A DNA stretch of 42,443 nt from Sanchytrium tribonematis (taxonomy: Eukaryota). The position numbers were made by a program, and so were the translations under genes. The stretch lies in the NCBI GenBank assembly GCA_018985235.1, contig JADGIG010000020.1, positions 1 to 42,443 on the forward strand, given 5' to 3'. Positions 40,662 through 42,443 of the stretch are shown in pieces. The notes below the pieces were generated by a model, which saw nothing but the letters and a program-made list of their open reading frames with translations, did no database searches and had not been told where the DNA came from. Each line of letters starts with the position of its first letter. Within the stretch, counting starts at the first letter, position 1.

Positions 40662-42327
40662 TTATTCGATTAAAGCAGGAAGATTTACTTCCAATCGCGG
40701 AGGGGGGCCTAAATTACCACTATTTTCTGCAAACTTTGAAGTCCTGGATGTCAAAATATCCCAAATCAGTTTTTGAGTCTCATTATTCTGAAATTTTACC
40801 AAAAACTTTTGTGTTGATGCAATCAAAATGCAGTGGTCGTATAAATTACAGGGCATGACACTTAAATCTTCCATAGCAAGTACTCTTCCGTTCTCCCCGG
40901 TGTCATTTTCTGATAAAATAATGTGCTCAGCGTCGAATATTACGTGTATATAGCCACATTTAAATTTCGAGGAGCCTACTTTGTAATAACAATTTTCGAC
41001 ATGAGTATTTTGAGGAGATTTTGAAGCAATCGTTGTTTTGGAGTTGCTCAGAAGTTCAGATGAATTCTCAATAGTTTTACCACTCGGAAGCGGAGAGCCT
41101 GATGAATGCCTTCGAAAATGCAACCCACCCGGCCCCATCGAACTATTTCTAGACTGTCTCTTTTTTAATTCTTTTTCTGCAATAGAAATCTTACTATTTA
41201 TGGTTGTCCTAATAGATCTGTCCCTATTTAAGAACTCTAAATTATTCAATTGAGGTCGAAATAATATGAGATATACTTTCTTTCCGAAATATGCAAAAAA
41301 TATGGTGTAGGTGGAAGCAAATATTATCATAGATAAAAGCAAAAATCTTGTACCTGGAGTAAATTCATAAAACAAAATAAGTGGAAGCAGTAAGGTTATC
41401 AAAATCAACACAACATAAATACAGATTCCAATACTCTTACTTCGTGAATTAAAAATACCTTTCTTTGTACGCTCCTTGACAATTTCTTGTTTTGTAGCAA
41501 TAAAAACTTGAAATTAATAACATTAATAACGCAAAAAATAGGAGTGAAGTATCCAAAATGTTGGCCAAAAGATAATTGCTTGACTGACAGCTCCAAGCTC
41601 GAGCGATAATTTCAGTGCGTATTTGTGGTATCGGCGAATTTACTACACTATAAACTAGACATAATGCAGAGACAATAAATAGGAGCATAAAAAGTTGCGC
41701 GAGAACAAACATATCGGAAATATTGTTCAGAGATCCCTTGGTATTGTTAAAAATGACGTAAATCCGTCTTGTCTTTAGCAAGAATGTTCCATAGACTATT
41801 GTAAATGATAAAGAATAAACCCATATTCTCAAATGGCAGGCTATCTGAGTGGGGACACCGAGTTCGAAGAGAAACGCAGAGTACGAAATCAAAAGTCCAA
41901 TTAGTATAACCATGTTAAAAAAATATGAACTAGATTTTACAGCGGGAGTTTTTCTATATTTTGTTAGAATAATAATGAATAGAATGATAACGACAACACC
42001 AATTATTGCAAACGTAAGCATCATAATTGCTTCTAATGAATTAAATTCAACATGATCTTTATATGACTGTACATAAGACGCTTGTATGTCGCCATCCGAG
42101 ATTAGCCGATCTTTAATAATTTGCAAATCTTGGCCTTCAACAAAGACTCCGCTTTTGTCTTGTACCGAAAATGAAAACTCGCACTTCTCAGTTTGATCAA
42201 ACGAACGAAAAACTTCATTGAAGTCGCCTATCTTGTGAAGCCTTAATTGAACATTGTCTATCACTTTATCTTGCAGCAATTTGCTGCAATCCTTGTCTTC
42301 AAACCTAATTGTTATAAAGTCATACAT
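40662..42327 (-). CDS. Class C (GABA-B-like, 7tm_3) GPCR with short N-terminus; complement join(41459..42327,40662..41439), 548 aa
   Basis: 'YRKTPAVKSSSYFF...GLL', 'CHLRIW...SFTIVYG..LLKTRRIY.IFNN', and after splicing 'YKTRNCQGAYKESKSIG'. Start codon uncertain. Confidence 0.85.
41440..41458 (-). other. 19-nt intron GTATTTTTAATTCACGAAG
   Basis: Removal restores the class C GPCR 'xESKxIG' motif preceding TM6. Confidence 0.93.
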
Positions 42328-42443
42328 CAAAACAGGAAGCGAACAATCGATTCTGTTGTGTAAAGTTTGAAGTCGTTGACATAGATATTTATTTGGGGAT
42401 GTCCCGTTTATATGTGTTTTGGTCTTTTAACTGATTGGTTCCC

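Noticed and set aside
2851..42055. Numerous 60-130 aa ORFs antisense to or nested within larger genes (e.g. 3147..3428, 23769..24110, 27835..28179, 37210..37596, 39289..39645)
   Set aside because: Shadow frames of well-supported genes, mostly with non-ATG starts and no recognisable motifs.
42305..42325. 21-nt in-frame GT..AG candidate at the GPCR start
   Set aside because: Fails T-8 and Y-5 and does not link the upstream ATG at 42382 in frame. Stop-free 18- or 21-nt introns would be invisible to my method anywhere in the window.
1..42443. Split ORFs explained as pseudogenes, sequencing frameshifts, programmed frameshifting or stop-codon reassignment
   Set aside because: Each break in a recognisable gene is resolved by a GT..AG segment of 19-20 nt with a shared 3' consensus. 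TAA, TAG and TGA all terminate conserved genes at expected positions, and long ORFs have no internal stops.
1..42443. tRNA, rRNA, snRNA, CRISPR arrays, transposons or viral genes
   Set aside because: No cloverleaf, snRNA hallmark, repeat-spacer array, terminal repeat or transposase/RT motif recognised by eye. A covariance-model scan would be needed to exclude small RNAs.

Overview
Very gene-dense, AT-rich eukaryotic nuclear DNA with about 30 protein-coding genes, standard genetic code, and many intergenic spacers of only 2-50 bp. The gene set (Gti1/Pac2 WOPR factor, Sho1-like, Kin1, Smp3, Trm13, Hap2, Mso1-like, together with ELMO, prominin, a class C GPCR and an organellar-type EF-P) points by inference to a compact-genome, early-diverging, probably zoosporic fungus or close relative; the species cannot be determined from this window. 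The main result is that ten split or truncated genes in the ORF track are repaired by 11 ultra-short GT-AG introns of only 19 or 20 nt. All 11 share a fixed 3' architecture (T at -8, A at -6, pyrimidine at -5, then NNAG). They have no polypyrimidine tract, and only 1 of 11 has the usual G at +5 of the donor. This implies a highly modified, length-measuring spliceosome. I recognised no rRNA, tRNA, CRISPR array or mobile element.
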